From positions 54,932,001 to 54,996,000 of the forward strand of contig OZ360231.1 in assembly GCA_977017645.1 (NCBI GenBank): a DNA stretch of 64,000 bases, in the 5' to 3' direction. Of this stretch, positions 1-13,012 are shown piece by piece (the stretch's first letter is position 1; each line of letters begins with the position of its first letter). Made by a program: the position numbers and the translations under genes. A model generated the notes under the pieces. It had not been told where the DNA came from and did not search any database. It was given only the letters and a program-made list of their open reading frames with translations. The DNA is from Torpedo marmorata. Its lineage: Eukaryota.

Positions 1-407
1 AGGTACAAATCACCCATGATCTCACTAAATGGCAGAATGGATTTGAGATTTGATATTCTAATCTTTAATCTGTATTTAATGATGGTGGATATGTTCTCTA
101 AATTTTGTTGATTACAATGGAAAGAAAAAATCGAAAGCGTGTACTTGTCTGCTGATGAGCAGCCGCCAGTTTTATGCCCTCACTGCAGATAAAGGCTTTG
201 CGCATTATTTCAAACCAAAGTGTATGTGTTGAAAGCTATAAGATTACAGTTAACATAATTGTTGTCGGAGTATCATTCCATGAGTAAAAAACAAAAGGAA
301 TAAAGAATATAAAATTATCATTTGTTTCCAATGAGCATTAAAGCTTTTGACTCCTGCTGGTAAACAGACGTTCAACATTCTTATAATATTCAAATATTTC
401 ATTTTGT

Positions 408-1897
408 GGAATTATGAAATGGGTGGTTTACAACTTCCTAATTTTCAAAATTATTATAAAGCAGCTCAACTAAAATTTGTTAATGAACTTTTTGATTTAA
501 CTAAGTCTTCCGCTTGGATTAGAATAGAATTAAATAATATAGGAGAAGATTCCAAAGAAGAGGTTATTTATAAATGGAATTCTAAATTAATATTAACAAG
601 AAGGAAGAATTCTCCTATCTTTAAACATTTGCTAGAAATATGGAATAGAGTGGATAAGGAAATAGGAGGAAAAGGGTTGATTTCTCCAAAAATGCCTCTA
701 TATCAAAATGAACTTATTCCATTTACTGTTAATAATCAATTATTTAAAATTTGGTTTCAAAAAGGAATTAAGAAAATAAATGATTGTTTTGAAGCTGGTA
801 AATTTATTACTTTTCAAAGAATGAAAGATAAATTTAATATATTGGATAATACACTTATTGCTTATTATCAAATTAGAGCATTTTTGGTTGGGAAATTAGG
901 CTACAGTTTGACTTTACCAAGACAGAGTGAATTAGAATTATTAGTTACTAACGGAGATGTAAATAAATTTATTTCTCAAATGTATAGACTGTTTCAGAGA
1001 AAAATCCCTAAAGTAGGAATTCATAAATCAAGATTAAAGTGGGAATTAGATTTGAATGTAACAATAGATGAAGATCATTGGAAAGAATTATGTAAACTAA
1101 GTATGACGAAGATTATTAATGTTAGATATAGATTAGTTCAATATAATTTTTTTCATCAATTATATTTAACACCTAAAAAGTTAAAGAAATTTAACGCAAC
1201 ATTATCAGGCTTATGTTTTAGATGTAATAGAGAGGAAGGTTCTTTTGTACATTCTACATGGTTCTGTCCAAAAGTTTATGATTTTTAGTTGAAAGTTAAA
1301 ATTTTTTTAGATAAAGTACTAAAAATTACATTCCCAATGGACCCTAAGATATTTTTGTTTGGAGATATTAAAAGAGTTAGTATTAAGATGAAATTAAATA
1401 TGTATCAAATAGAATTTTTGCGAATTGCTTTAGCGGTATCTAAAAAATGTATTGCTATTACTTGGAAATCTGACGTAGATTTATGGTTAGAAAGATGGCA
1501 TGCAGAACTTCGTTCATGTATACCACTTGAAAAAATTACTTATAATTTACGTAATAAATATCATTTATTTTTGAAAATATGGAGCCCATATATGAAGGTT
1601 GTTGGTTTAAGGATTTGAAGATCTCTGGACATCGGATCTGACTGGCGAACCTATCCTCCATAATAAAATTAGTCATCGATGTATTTTTTAGATTGACATT
1701 CTCCTTATTCTATCTTTTTCTTTTTTTCTTTCTTTCCTCTTTTTTTTATTTTAGTATATTAGAGGGGGTGGGAGGGTCAGGGAGGGGAGGGAGGGAGGGA
1801 GGGTGAAAATGTATCACATGTATTTTGATAATTTTATATTTTACCTTATGTATTTTGTGATTTAAAATTTTAAATAAAACATTTTTTTTTTTTTTAA
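408..1897 (+). mobile_element. 5'-truncated L1/Tx1-like LINE (ORF2 C-terminus + 3' UTR)
   Basis: ORFs 347-1288 and 1289-1618 closely match the C-terminus of the ORF2 at 34258-38043 (YEMGGLQLPNFQ...CFRC...HSTWFC...WSPY). G-rich 3' UTR and AATAAA. Flanking direct repeat TTCATTTTGT at 398-407 and 1898-1907. Confidence 0.9.
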
Positions 1898-2287
1898 TTC
1901 ATTTTGTAAAATGATTTAGACTAGCTTTGCTCACTAACGTGAAAACATCATTATATGTTCCTCAGTAAAACGAAAAGGCATTCACCTCGCCATGTATGTG
2001 CATGCAAATCCAAGCATTGTACCCAGGTCATTCCAGCCTTACAGACATTCTTGTACAAGTCTTTGAATCTTGCTATCTTTATATTATTTGCTGTGACATT
2101 AAAGTATACCAGGAACAATACCAAATTCTAAACATTGCAAAGTCACTGTCGTATTATAATCCTACAAATATATAGACAAAACTGGATGGCTGGTTTTACT
2201 TTCCAGGATTATTAACACATTTAGATTGTTAAGTAATTACATTAAATTACTGATTAGAAGCTATTTAATTAACATATTTTGATTTAC

Positions 2288-2358
2288 CTAAATGAGAAGA
2301 CATCGCTGTCCACAAAATAATATCCAAGAGCTGGAGATGTGCTATACAATTGCTTCAG
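2288..2358 (-). CDS. C3orf52: C3orf52/TTMP-like protein, coding exon 4 (SEA-like region)
   Basis: Acceptor ttttttttccag, donor gtaaat. Translates LKQLYSTSPALGYYFVDSDVFSF, similar to human TTMP LTDVYSTSPSLGRYF as recalled. Phase 0 start fits exon 3. Confidence 0.8.
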
Positions 2359-2515
2359 CTGGAAAAAAAATGATATTTTTTAGTATTAAGCATGACAAGC
2401 TGCAACTTTGATAATTTTGGAACCAGGAGCAAGGCTTGATGAACAGTAATACTGTACACTTTTGAATGAATTTATGATTGTTTAGCACAGGTTTTAGAAA
2501 TGTTAAGAAGCTGAG

Positions 2516-3070
2516 TCCATGGGCAGCAAGGCTATGTACAAAGATTTCAATTATTGTATGCCAGTAGTATAGATAAAGATACAGCAAAACGTTAGACTTA
2601 TACTTCATCTAATATCAAGTACTGGGAGACTGCCTAGGAACACCAGGTGCTGTAGGTTTCTGTGAGGGGCGCTGGACAAAGTAACGACTCTCTGTCTGCC
2701 TTACGGTAGACAAAAATTAAAGAATTTCATGTATGTCACATTCTAAATGTAGTATTACGTGACAATAATGGAACCTTTACCTTTACACTTTAATTCTTTA
2801 AACGCTTTAACTTTGCAAATTTTTGATAAAAATACATGGTTTATCATGAGCAAATGTGACTGTTCTCCACTGGTTAGTCCCTACTAAGAGTAACTATAGT
2901 GCAATGACTCAGTTAAATTTGCCATGCAATAAATTTTTCTTCAATGTTTTGCTTGTGTAGTCTCTGCTAATGATATTAGATGAAGTATAAGTCTAACGTT
3001 GCTGTATCTTTATCTGTACTTCTGGCATACAGTAATTGAAATCTTTGTGCATAGCCTTGCTGCCCATGGA
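2516..3070. repeat. ~100-bp inverted repeat pair (2516-2617 and 2971-3070)
   Basis: TCCATGGGCAGCAAGGCTATG...CTTCATCTAATATCA is the near-exact reverse complement of TGATATTAGATGAAG...GCTGCCCATGGA. Confidence 0.9.
2618..2786 (+). mobile_element. 5'-truncated 5S-rRNA-derived SINE (SINE3-like)
   Basis: AGTACTGGGAGACTGCCTAGGAACACCAGGTGCTGTAGGTTT resembles the 3' third of vertebrate 5S rRNA. It is followed by AATTTCATG...TGACAATAA and an (ACCTTT)2 tail. Confidence 0.7.
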
Positions 3071-3432
3071 TTAAAGGTTTCTGAAACATACATAAATTAA
3101 ATGACATTAATCAAAATTAACAATTATAAAAATTTCCTCAAAAATATTTATTAAAAAGATGAAAATTAAAATAAAATGTAAAAAGTGGATCAGAAAACAT
3201 CGCAGACACTCAGCAGGTCGGGCAGCAAGAGAAAGGTTAACATTTTAGGTCCAGAAACAATGATAGATCTTGGACCTGAAATGTTTCTCTTTCAGTTCTG
3301 AGCTGCTGAGAGTTCTGGCATTTTCTGTTTTCTTCCCAAGGAAAGATGGTCTGTAAATTCAGAAAAAACAAACTGATGCAGCATTTGCCTCCTATTTTCT
3401 CATTTGAAAGGATATTTTATTAAATCACTTAC

Positions 3433-3599
3433 CATAATATTCAATGTTTTTGACAAGGAGAAGAAGCTTTTAGATTGAGGCACAATGAGTTCAGTTGTAA
3501 ATGAACATCTGGGTAGTTTCATACTTCCAATGTAATATCGGGGAGTTCCATGAATTTTGAGGTCGGGATCAATGTATTCATCATCAATTGCAGTGGCTC
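3433..3599 (-). CDS. C3orf52: C3orf52/TTMP-like protein, coding exon 3
   Basis: AG/GTAAGT boundaries, 167 nt, phase 1 to 0. Open frame (R)ATAIDDEYIDPDLKIHGTPRYYIGSMKLPRCSFTTELIVPQSKSFFSLSKTLNIM, like the start of a SEA domain. Confidence 0.78.
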
Positions 3600-3989
3600 C
3601 TTACACACAGGGAAAAATATTATTAAAAAGTACCTAAGAACATTTTATTGAAGAGGCTTTTTCTTCTGATGTGATGTATTAAAACCAAATTACCAAATGC
3701 TCAGATTCAGTGATAGTTAATGTTACATCTGTATACATGGATTGAATACAAGAGTCAATAATATTGTTACAAAATTATATCTTTTGACTGACTCATTCCC
3801 CCTCAGCCAGTTTTCTTTTATAAAATGCAAACGCCTAGACTGAAAACACTATGAAATCAGTTTTACATTTTTCTTGGATCAACATGAATTCATAAAGCCA
3901 TAAAATGAAAAGCACAAACTTAAATGCATTCATGAACATAAATTCATCATCACGACCTAAAACTGGTCTTCAAAGTATATTGCATGTAT

Positions 3990-5010
3990 AAGTATAAGAA
4001 GGGGGTGATTACTTTGATGGAATTGCACTGTAGACCCCCCCCCCAATAGTCAGTGGGAATTAGAGGAGCAATTATGCAGGGAGAAGACAGATAACTAAGA
4101 ATAATAGTGGGGAATATAAAATTCCCTAATATTGATTTGGACTGCCTCAGTGCTATGGGATTGAATGGAATGGAAGTGTGAAGTGTGTCCAGTGTCCAGG
4201 AATGTCTTTTTCAAGTAATATGTAGGGGGTCCCACTGGAGAGAGTGAAACACTGGACCTCCTATTGGGAAGTGAGGCAAGGTCAGTGATTGCAGTCCCAA
4301 TCAATATTAGCAGTGGAGCATTTTGGGACCAGTGACCATAATTCTATTAGTCTTTAAATAGTTATGGAAAAAGATGGCGCTGATCCACAAGTTAAAGACC
4401 TAAAGTGAGGCCATGATGATTTTGATGGCATTAGACAGGAACTTGCAAAGGTAGATTGGGAGAGGCTATTTGTAGATGGAGGGACATCTAGCGAGTGAGT
4501 GGGAGCCTTTTAAATGTGAGATAGGGAGAGCATGTTCCTGTTGGAGTGAAGTGCAAGGCTGGCATGACAAAACCTGGGTGGAGTGATATTGAGGCTCTGA
4601 TCGGGAAAAAGGAGGAGGCACATATCAGGTATAGGCAGTGCGATAAATTCCCTTGAAGAATACAAAGAAAGTATGAGTACATTTAAAAGAGAAGCCAGGA
4701 GGGTAAAAAGAAGACAAGGTAGCTTTGGCAGATCAGGTAAAGGAGAATATTAAGAGATTCTACAAGTATATTAAGAGCAGAAGGGTAGCTAGGGAGAGAA
4801 ATATCCCCTTAAGGTTTGATGTGGTTGTCCATATCTGGATCTTAAATGAATACTTCTTGTCTGTATTAACTGGAGAGGTCATGCAAGCTTGGAAATTCAG
4901 GGTAGAGAATAATGATGTCTTGAAATATGTTCACATTACAAAACAGGAGGAGCTGGCAGTCTTAAGATGCTTAAAGCTGGATAATTCCTCAGGGCCAGAC
5001 CAAGTGTAAG
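3990..5010 (+). mobile_element. degraded CR1-type LINE fragment (EN/linker region)
   Basis: Remnants such as KENIKRFYKYIKSRR, LNEYFLSV and LKLDNSSGPD. Confidence 0.7.
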
Positions 5011-5021
5011 GTAGGACGAAA

Positions 5022-5482
5022 GTAAATCACGAAAATCTATAGACACCGTGGTTGAAGTAAAAAACACAAATGCTGGAGAAACTCAGCAGGTCAAACAGTG
5101 TCTTTTATGCAGCAAAGGTAGAAATACATAACCGAAGTTTCGGGCTTGAGCCCTTCATCAAAGTATAAGAAAATGCCGTCAGGAGTCCGAAAAAAAGAGT
5201 GAGGGGGGGAGGGGGGAGGGTGGCAAAGGCAGGAGATGATAGGTGGAGAATTTATAGTGAAGATGATGCGGTCCGGTTCAGGGAATCTGAAGTCATTGAG
5301 GAGATGGAGGGCATGTGAGGTGTCACGGACGTAGGTGGGGAGGGATTGGACCAGGGGAGAAAAGGTGGAGTCAAGGTAAGATGAAACTAGTTCGGTGTTT
5401 ATAGTGAAGATGATGCGGTCCGGTTCAGTTATAGTGAAGATGATGAGGTCCGGTTCAGTTATAGTGAAGATGATGCGGTCTG
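5022..5482 (-). mobile_element. Penelope-like element fragment with internal 30-bp tandem duplication
   Basis: 5030-5190 is the reverse complement of the 3' end of the GIY-YIG element (59890-60059). TTATAGTGAAGATGATGCGGTCCGGTTCAG occurs at ~5252 and three times at ~5399-5480. Confidence 0.7.
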
Positions 5483-5775
5483 TGATTAGTAAGGTGGTAT
5501 GTGAGTGGAAAGAAAAAGTTTGAAAACCACTGTTTTAATCGTACCTAATTGATTCGTTATGTGCATGGTTTCATAACTCCAAAGGAAATGAGCTAATGAC
5601 AATTTTTCTCAAGCAAAATACTTCAGTAACAATTGGGTCGAGAGCAGTGGTTCTCAACCTTTTTTTCCCACTCACATACCACCTTAAGTAATCCCTTACT
5701 AATCACAGAGCACCTATGGCATAGGGATTACATAAGGTGGTATGTGAGTGGAAAGAAAAAGTTTGAAAACCACTG
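5483..5775. mobile_element. hAT/Charlie-like MITE(s)
   Basis: Terminal inverted repeats CAGTGGTTCTCAACCTTTT...CCACTCACATACCACCTTA (~5646) and TAAGGTGGTATGTGAGTGG...AAAACCACTG (~5775). A second right end at ~5490-5532. Confidence 0.65.
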
Positions 5776-5779
5776 TTCT

Positions 5780-6590
5780 AGATGAACTGGGAACGTGGGC
5801 CAAGGAATGGCACATGGAATTTAACTTGGACACGTGCGAGGTGTTGCACTTTGGGAAGTTAAACCAGGAAAGGACTTGCACAATAAATGTTAGGATCCTA
5901 GAATGCACTGTCGAACAGAGACAGTGGGGTACAGTATATTGTTTCCTGAAAGTGGTGATACAGGTAGGCAAGGTGGTGAAGAATGTTTTCCATACCTGCC
6001 TTCATCACTCACAACATTGATTACAGGAGCATCATGTTACAACAGTACAAGATGTTGGTGAGACTGCATTTGGAGTATTGTGTTCAGCTGTGGTCACTTA
6101 GTTATCAGAAGGATGTCATTAAGTTGGAAAGGGTGCTGAAAAGATTCACAAGGATATTAATGGGCTGGAGGGCTTGAGTTCTAAGGAGAGACTCGATAGG
6201 CTGAGACTTTTTTCCCTGCAGCATAGGAGGCTGAGGGGTGACCTTATAGGGGTATACAAAATCATGAGAGGAATGGTCACAGTCTTTTTGTCCAGAGTAG
6301 CGAGTCTTAAAAACTAGAGGGCATAGATTTAACGTGAGAGGAGAAAGGATTTAAAGGGGACCTGAGGGGCAATTTTTACACAGAGGTTGATGTGCATATG
6401 GAATGAGCTGCCAGAGGAAGGGGTCGAAGCAGGTGCAATTACAACATTTAAAAGACATTTCAACTGATATGTGGATAGGAAAGGTTTAGAGAGATGCAAA
6501 TGCAGGCAAATGGGACTAGCTCAGTTAAACAACTCGACCAGTACGGACAAGTTGGGCCTAAAGGCTTGTTTCCATGCTTTCAATGACTGC
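5780..6590 (+). mobile_element. CR1 LINE 3' fragment
   Basis: WHMEFNLDTCEVLHFGK and LVRLHLEYCVQLWS motifs, plus a CR1-type 3' UTR. Confidence 0.8.
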
Positions 6591-6631
6591 ATGCAATAAA
6601 AGTACAATTTTAATAAAAGTATTTTACTTAC

Positions 6632-6785
6632 TTATGCCGAAAATTACAAAAATAGTGGTTAATACTCCCACAAACAAAACAATCAACATCCATATTTTAC
6701 ACTTCCTGCAGATGATGTTGTTGTTGGTATCGCTATTGCATAAGTGGTTGGGAATCAGACTTCTCCATTGTCTATTGTTTTCTTG
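6632..6785 (-). CDS. C3orf52: C3orf52/TTMP-like protein, coding exon 2 (transmembrane anchor)
   Basis: tttcaacag/GTAAGT boundaries, 154 nt, phase 0 to 1. Translates QENNRQWRSLIPNHLCNSDTNNNIICRKCKIWMLIVLFVGVLTTIFVIFGI. CKIWM plus a hydrophobic helix resembles TTMP CKLWMIITSIFLGV as recalled. Confidence 0.82.
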
Positions 6786-8835
6786 CTGTTGAAAGAATTA
6801 AAAAAATGAATTCAGGTGATTACATATTTTATGTACATCAGTTTGTGGTAAGGAATGTGATATGCTGCAGTCTGCAGGTTATCCTCAGCTTTATTTTCAT
6901 TTCCTCTCTGTTAGCATTTTTAGCACGGTTTATTTGTTAATATAAGATTGCATTAAAATATCAGGTAAAGATGATAAAGATTCTATGCCACTATTTGAAA
7001 GGTAGGGGAGTTTTCCTGATATTCTGACTTTTATCTCTTATCCAAGAGCACAATAAACAAATTTCTGATTACCAAGTAGCCTCTGTTCCCTCGGTGTTGA
7101 GGAATGACTTGCTTCCACTCCAATTTTGTCAGATCTATGGCAGCTGATGTGGGGCCAATGTGGGGCCCATAGTCTCACCACAGTGTGGTAGGAGGTGTGT
7201 GAAGGGGCAGGTGACTGGATAGTTTGGGAGGTGGTATGCTCCTTCTGCCATGTTAACTGCGCTTCCTCATGCTTCCAATGAAGGGACCCAAGATTATCAA
7301 TGTCTTTCATCAATTTCCTTCTCCATTTGAGCTATCATAGGTTAGGAATTCCAAAGTCAGTGAGAATGTTACATGGAGGACTTGAGAACATCCTGTAAGG
7401 GTCTTCTCTGTCCTCCTGGTGATTTTCTTACAAGCCAGTAGTCTGATGTTGGGCATGAGATTAAAGTAATCTGCCCACTGGAACTGATGGAGTGAAATAG
7501 AGGGTCAGTGCTGGGATGTTGGTCTGGGCGAGTTCACTGATGTTGTTCACTTGGTCCACCAATGGATTTTGAGCATTTTGCAGAGGTAGCATTGACAGCA
7601 TCTCTCCAGTCTCCTTTCTTGAATATGGTGCTCATTTTCATCTTCCTGAGGTTCTCTAGAATACATTCCCAGGTGAGGAGGGCAAGGCTGCAACTGTATA
7701 TCTGCAGTTTCATCCCACCAAATTTCACAACTTCATCAGGGATATTTCTGAAGCTTTGCTGATATTTGGCCTTTCAACCTTTCACCTGCCTGAGGTAGCA
7801 GCCAAGACTGGACTAATTAGTTTGCTGTGAAATGGAGTCAAGGATAATTACGTCAATGACTAGTCGAGGGTGAGGTGTTCATCTACAGTAAGTGCTCCTT
7901 CTAATGGATACTGACTGCTCTCTATTCTCCTCTGTTCCTGGTTCTCAGTTGGGCTGGCCCCAGAACAATTGGGCTGTGCAAGATGTTGACTGCACAAGGT
8001 GGCCAAGGATGTTAGTTTTGATGGACTTTGGGACACTGTGGTTCTGAATGGTTGGAATTGTCAGGCTGCCTGTGAAGTGCTGTCCAACAGGAATTTGCTT
8101 TGTGAAATCCCTGAGTCTTTCAGCCTTGATTTTCTTTTGACAAACATTATGTTACCATTAGGGTTGTCACTCTAATGCGTGGTTGTTTTGACACCAGGTC
8201 AATGGAGATAAGAGGCAGTGGTCACCCCAATTGTCATCGACACCTGTTGTGGCACGGATGATGTAGACATCTTGCTTGGATGATGATACAATCAAATAGG
8301 TACCAGTGCTGTGTTTCTCATGAAGCAAGCTGTTGTTTATGACAAAGACAATACATCTCCCATTCCATGGGCATTGAATTTTTCTATTCTTTCCTTACCT
8401 TTCCAGAGGTTTGTGTCCTTCCTGACCCTGGCATTAGTGACACCAGCTCAGAGCTGGAGGAAACTTGGAGTGGGAGGAGAAAGACACAGTTGTCATGGTT
8501 CTTGTGGAAAACAATGATGTACGTAGAGGTTCAACTTAAATATTAATAGCTGGGTCAACATCAAAAAGCAAAACCACAAAACTTAGTAATCTTCAGATTA
8601 CTGCCACAGCCTTGTCAACAAGATCAGAGAGGTGCATGTGTGGCTCAGAAATTAGTGTGTGGAAGTGGGTTTTAAAGCAGAAGGAACTGGTACCAGCACT
8701 GGGGGAAAAGAAAGCTGTTCTTGTAGACATTTCACTTTTATCAGGCGTAAACTAAGCAACAGAGGAAGGGCTTGCCGGTAAGGGTTGGAGTGATGGGAAA
8801 GAAAGTTACAAAGAAAGAACAAGATGATCGTGCAG

Positions 8836-9468
8836 AAACTCTTAGAACAAATTACAGAAATTCAGTTCCCACAACGCCCAGAATTATTTCTATTGGGCAA
8901 CATCTCTGGCGTAAGACCTAAGATGAGGCTGTCAAAATTTCAAATAAAATTTGTAGAGATCGCATTGGCGGTGGCCAGAAAATGTATAGCGCTCACATGG
9001 AAGTCTGATTCCCATCTAGGTATGACAAGATGGAATGAGGAAATGTACAGTTGTGTTCCCCTTGAGAAGATTACCTATAATCTTAGAAATAGGTATGATA
9101 TATTTTTAAAGATTTGGACTCCATATTTACAACACATGGCTGTAAATCTATAGCTAGGCCCCTCCTCGCCTCCAGGACCTATGCCCATTTCCTCTTTAAA
9201 AATCCGAGTATGCCAAGTAATTTAAGCCTGCGGGGTGGACGACAAGCCTCCAACGTCTTCTTTCCTTTTCTATTTCAACCTTTTCTTATTCTATTCCTCT
9301 TTTTTTTTCTTTTAGGGGGGAATTGGGTGGGTGGGTTTTCCTTTGTTTGTAATTTTGTTGTTTTTTAGTATAATAGTCAACAGACAAATATTATATTTGA
9401 TGATGTATTATTTTTGTTATTGATAATATGTTTGGCTTTAAAAAATACAAATAAAATATTCCAAAAAA
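8836..9468 (+). mobile_element. short 5'-truncated L1/Tx1-like LINE
   Basis: ORF2 C-terminus (ARKCIALTWKS...LEKITYNLR...WTPY) and poly-A. 15-bp TSD AAGATGATCGTGCAG at 8821-8835 and 9469-9483. Confidence 0.9.
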
Positions 9469-10761
9469 AAGATGATCGTGCAGTGTTGTAAAAAGGGTAA
9501 TAACCAGATTGTGTGCAGACCATAGAAACATAAACCCTCAATGAGGATCAGAGTAGAGAAAAATGCACTATGCAGTAGAAGGGTGGAAACAAAAGACATT
9601 GATGTGTATGGGTGTTAGGAATACACCATTGAAATAGAGCAACAGCCATGCAACATTAGCAAATCTTAGGGAATTAACTATTTCAGGACATTTGACATTT
9701 GGAAAAATGGGTAAAGTGGAAAAGGAAGAGGGTGCCCCTGATATTTAAGGATAGCACAAAAACAGCAAAGGGAAAGGATTTCATCTTAAAAAATCAAGTA
9801 GAATCAGTTTTTGGGTTGGAGCAAAAAGCATAGGGCAGAAAATAATAGGAGAAAGTTGGCCATAGGCCAGGCAATACCTGTAGTTGTGATAGCATAATTT
9901 GTTGTATAAAGTAGGGAATTAAAGTGCATGCAACAAGGGTTTTGCAATAAACATGAGAGACCTACGTACAAATAGACAAGGCCAACCTAATTAACCATAA
10001 TATTGTGGAATATTCATGTAATGTAAAAGATGTTCTTTGTAGATCAGTAAGTTGATGGATCAGGCTAGATACCACAATATCTAGTATTGTGGAATGGAAG
10101 TTGGTTATTCTATGATTGTGTAGTTAAGGGGCCTTTGGAGAACAATGACCATGATATGATGTTACAATTACCACAACTGTAATTACAACTATACAGACCA
10201 CACCTGGAGTATTGTGTTCAGCTTTGACCTTCTTACCCAAAAAAGGTATAATTACTATAGAGGGAGACACTGCCAGAGGTTAGTTATTTTTTTTCCGAGG
10301 GAAGGTGAATATAAAACTGGAGGGAAAAGATTTAAGGTGAGATGGGAAAGTTTTAAAAGGGACCCGAGAGACACTTTTATTCACACAGCGGTTGGTGGTA
10401 TGTGGAATGAACTGCCAGAGGAAGTGGTAGAGGCAGGGACAATTGTAACATTAAAAAGACATTTTGACAGGTACGTGGATCAGAAAGGTTTCCAGGGATA
10501 TGGGCCAAACACAGGCAAATGGGACTAGCTTGGGTTGACAACTTGGTCAGCATAGACAAGTAGGGCCGAAGGGGCTATTTCTGTGTTGTATCAGTGAGTC
10601 CTGAAGGGTGTAGTCTCTGTGGAAAGCAGAAAGGGGAGGGGGTGGTGGGAAAAGATCTCCATCCTGTATTCTGACTCATCATTTCCTGCTTTTCGGCCGA
10701 AGTTGGCTTACACAATCGTGAGTATGGAGGGAATAGAGCAGAGGACTAAGCATGCACTCTT

Positions 10762-11006
10762 TTTTTTTTTAAATATTTTATTTAAAATTTTTAAATCACA
10801 AAATGCATAAAATGGAATATAAAATTATCAAATTATTTGTGATACAATTTCACCCCCCCCTCCCTCCCTCCCCTCCCCAACCCTCCCAACCCCACTAATC
10901 TAATAAAAAAATATATAAAAAATAAAAATAGAAAAAGAAGAAGAAAAAGAAAGAAAAAGATAGAGTAAGGGGAATGCCAATCTATAAACTAATTCTATTA
11001 TGGAGG
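10762..11006 (-). mobile_element. L1-like 3' UTR-only insertion
   Basis: Poly-T and C-rich tract on the + strand. 15-bp TSD TAAGCATGCACTCTT at 10747-10761 and 11007-11021. Confidence 0.85.
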
Positions 11007-11578
11007 TAAGCATGCACTCTTCAGGTGGCCCTGTGTTGATGGTCAGTGAGGAGACGATGTTGCCAAAACGTAGTGATTGAGGTCTACCACTGAGGAAACC
11101 GTGGATCGACGAACAGAGCCCCAGATGCCTGAGGTTAATTCCTGGGGTGCTGCAGAGGCCCCATCTGGGGTGCTGCAGGGAACATTGCTGGGGCCCCATC
11201 TGTTCACAATTTATATCAATAAGGGAATCAAGTATCATATATACACAGCCTGGGTCACTGTTTGGGCTGACAATGATGCAGAAAAACTTCATGCAGACAT
11301 AAATAGGCTAAGCAAATTACCAAGAACATGACAGATAAAATATGATGTGGAAAAATATAAAGTCTGTTATTTTGGTAGAAAAGCAGGAAATGTTTAAGTG
11401 GTGCTCAATCCTCTGTCGACTCCTCAGCCTCTCCATTCACCTGTACCCATGTGGTTCCCAGTTGTCCACACATCACCTCTGTCCAGCCTCTCCACATGGT
11501 CAATCCCACCATGAACCCCAGCCCCTCCTCCTCCCCTGTCCAACTCTCCCCACCCTCTCCTTCTGGTTCCCAGCCCCT

Positions 11579-12275
11579 GAGATGATTGTGGACTTCCAGA
11601 GGAAGTCAGGGGAACACGACCCAGTCCTCATCGAGGGCTCAGTAGTGGAGAGGGTCAAGAACTTCAAATTTCTGGGTGTCAACATCTCCAAGGATTTGTC
11701 CTGGAGCATCCATGTGGATGCAATCACAAAGAAGGCTCGTCCACGGCTATACTTTGTGAGGTGTTTGCGGAGATTCGGTATGTCACCAAAGACTCTCGTA
11801 AACTTCTACAGGTGTACCGTGGAGAGCATTCTGGCTGGTTGCATCACTGCCTGGTTTGGCGGCGCCAACTCCCAGGACAAGAGTAAACTCCAGAAGGTTG
11901 TTAACTCGGCCTGTGACATCACAGGCACCAAACTTCACTCCATCGAGGACATCTACATGAGGCGGTGTCTTAAAAAAGCAGCCTCTATCCTCAAGGACCC
12001 CCACCACCCAGGCCATGCCCTCTTCACTCTGCTTCCATCGGGGAAAAGGTAAAGGAGCCTAAAGACGAGCACTCAACGGCACAAGGACAGCTTCTTCCCC
12101 GCTGCCATCAGATTCCTGAATAATCAATGAACCAAAGACTTTTCGTGCACTATTGTTTATAATTTTGTATAGTAATGTTGTTAGATGGTAAATATGAACG
12201 TTAATTGCACTATGATGCTGCCGCAAAACACCGAATTTCATGACTTTTTCATGACAATAAATTCTGATTCTGATT
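11579..12275 (+). mobile_element. Rex1/Babar-like LINE 3' fragment
   Basis: EMIVDFQRK...VERVKNFKFLG...FYRCTVESIL...DPHHPGHALFTLLPSGKR, ending in an (ATTCTG)n tail. Confidence 0.85.
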
Positions 12276-12342
12276 TCCACCCTGTTCACATTTCCCACCC
12301 TGCCCTCTCCTCCCCATAGTTCCCACACTGTCCACCCCTTCC

Positions 12343-12907
12343 AGAATCAGAATTTATTGACATGAACAAGTCACGAAATTCGGTGTTTTGCGGCAGCATC
12401 ATAGTGCAAACATTCATATTATGAACCATCTAACAACAATAATATAAAAAATAAAAATATAAATAATAGTGCAGGAAAAGTAAGGCAGTGTCTTTGGTTC
12501 ATTGATTATTCAGGAATCTGATGGCAACGGGGAAGAAGCTATCCTTGCACCGTTGAGTGCTCGTCTTTAGGCTCCTCTACCATTTTCCCGATGGTAGCAG
12601 AGTGAAGAGGGCATGGCCTGGGTGGTGGGGGTCTTTGAGGATAGAGGCTGCTTTTTTAAGACACCACCTCATGTAGATGACCTCGATGGAGTGGAGTCTG
12701 GTGCCTGTGATGTCGCAGGCCGAGTTAACAACTCTCTGGAGTTTTTTCTTGTCCTGAGATTTGGCGCCTCCATACCAGACAGTGATGCAACCAGCCAGAA
12801 TGCTCTCCACGGTACATCTGTATAAGTTTTCAAGAGTCTTCGGAGACATACCGAATCTCCTCAAGCACCTCACAAAGTATAGCGTGATTGCATCAACATG
12901 GATGCTC
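12343..12907 (-). mobile_element. Rex1/Babar-like LINE 3' fragment, inverted relative to its neighbour
   Basis: ORF 12577-12942 is nearly identical in peptide to 11342-12052. Tail CAGAATCAGAATTTATT on the + strand. Confidence 0.85.
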
Positions 12908-13012
12908 CCCATGCAGTCCCCAGCCTTGTCACCTCTCCCCAAATAGTCCCCAGCCCCCTCCTCCCCTACCCACTGTCACCCATCCCCATAGTCCCCGTCC
13001 CTGTCCACACCT

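Noticed and set aside
1881-1897. Poly-T in place of poly-A at an L1 3' end
   Set aside because: Most simply an expansion of the short T-run that follows AATAAA in sibling copies.
2618-2660. 5S rRNA gene
   Set aside because: Only ~40 diverged nt of the 3' end, fused to a retroposon tail.
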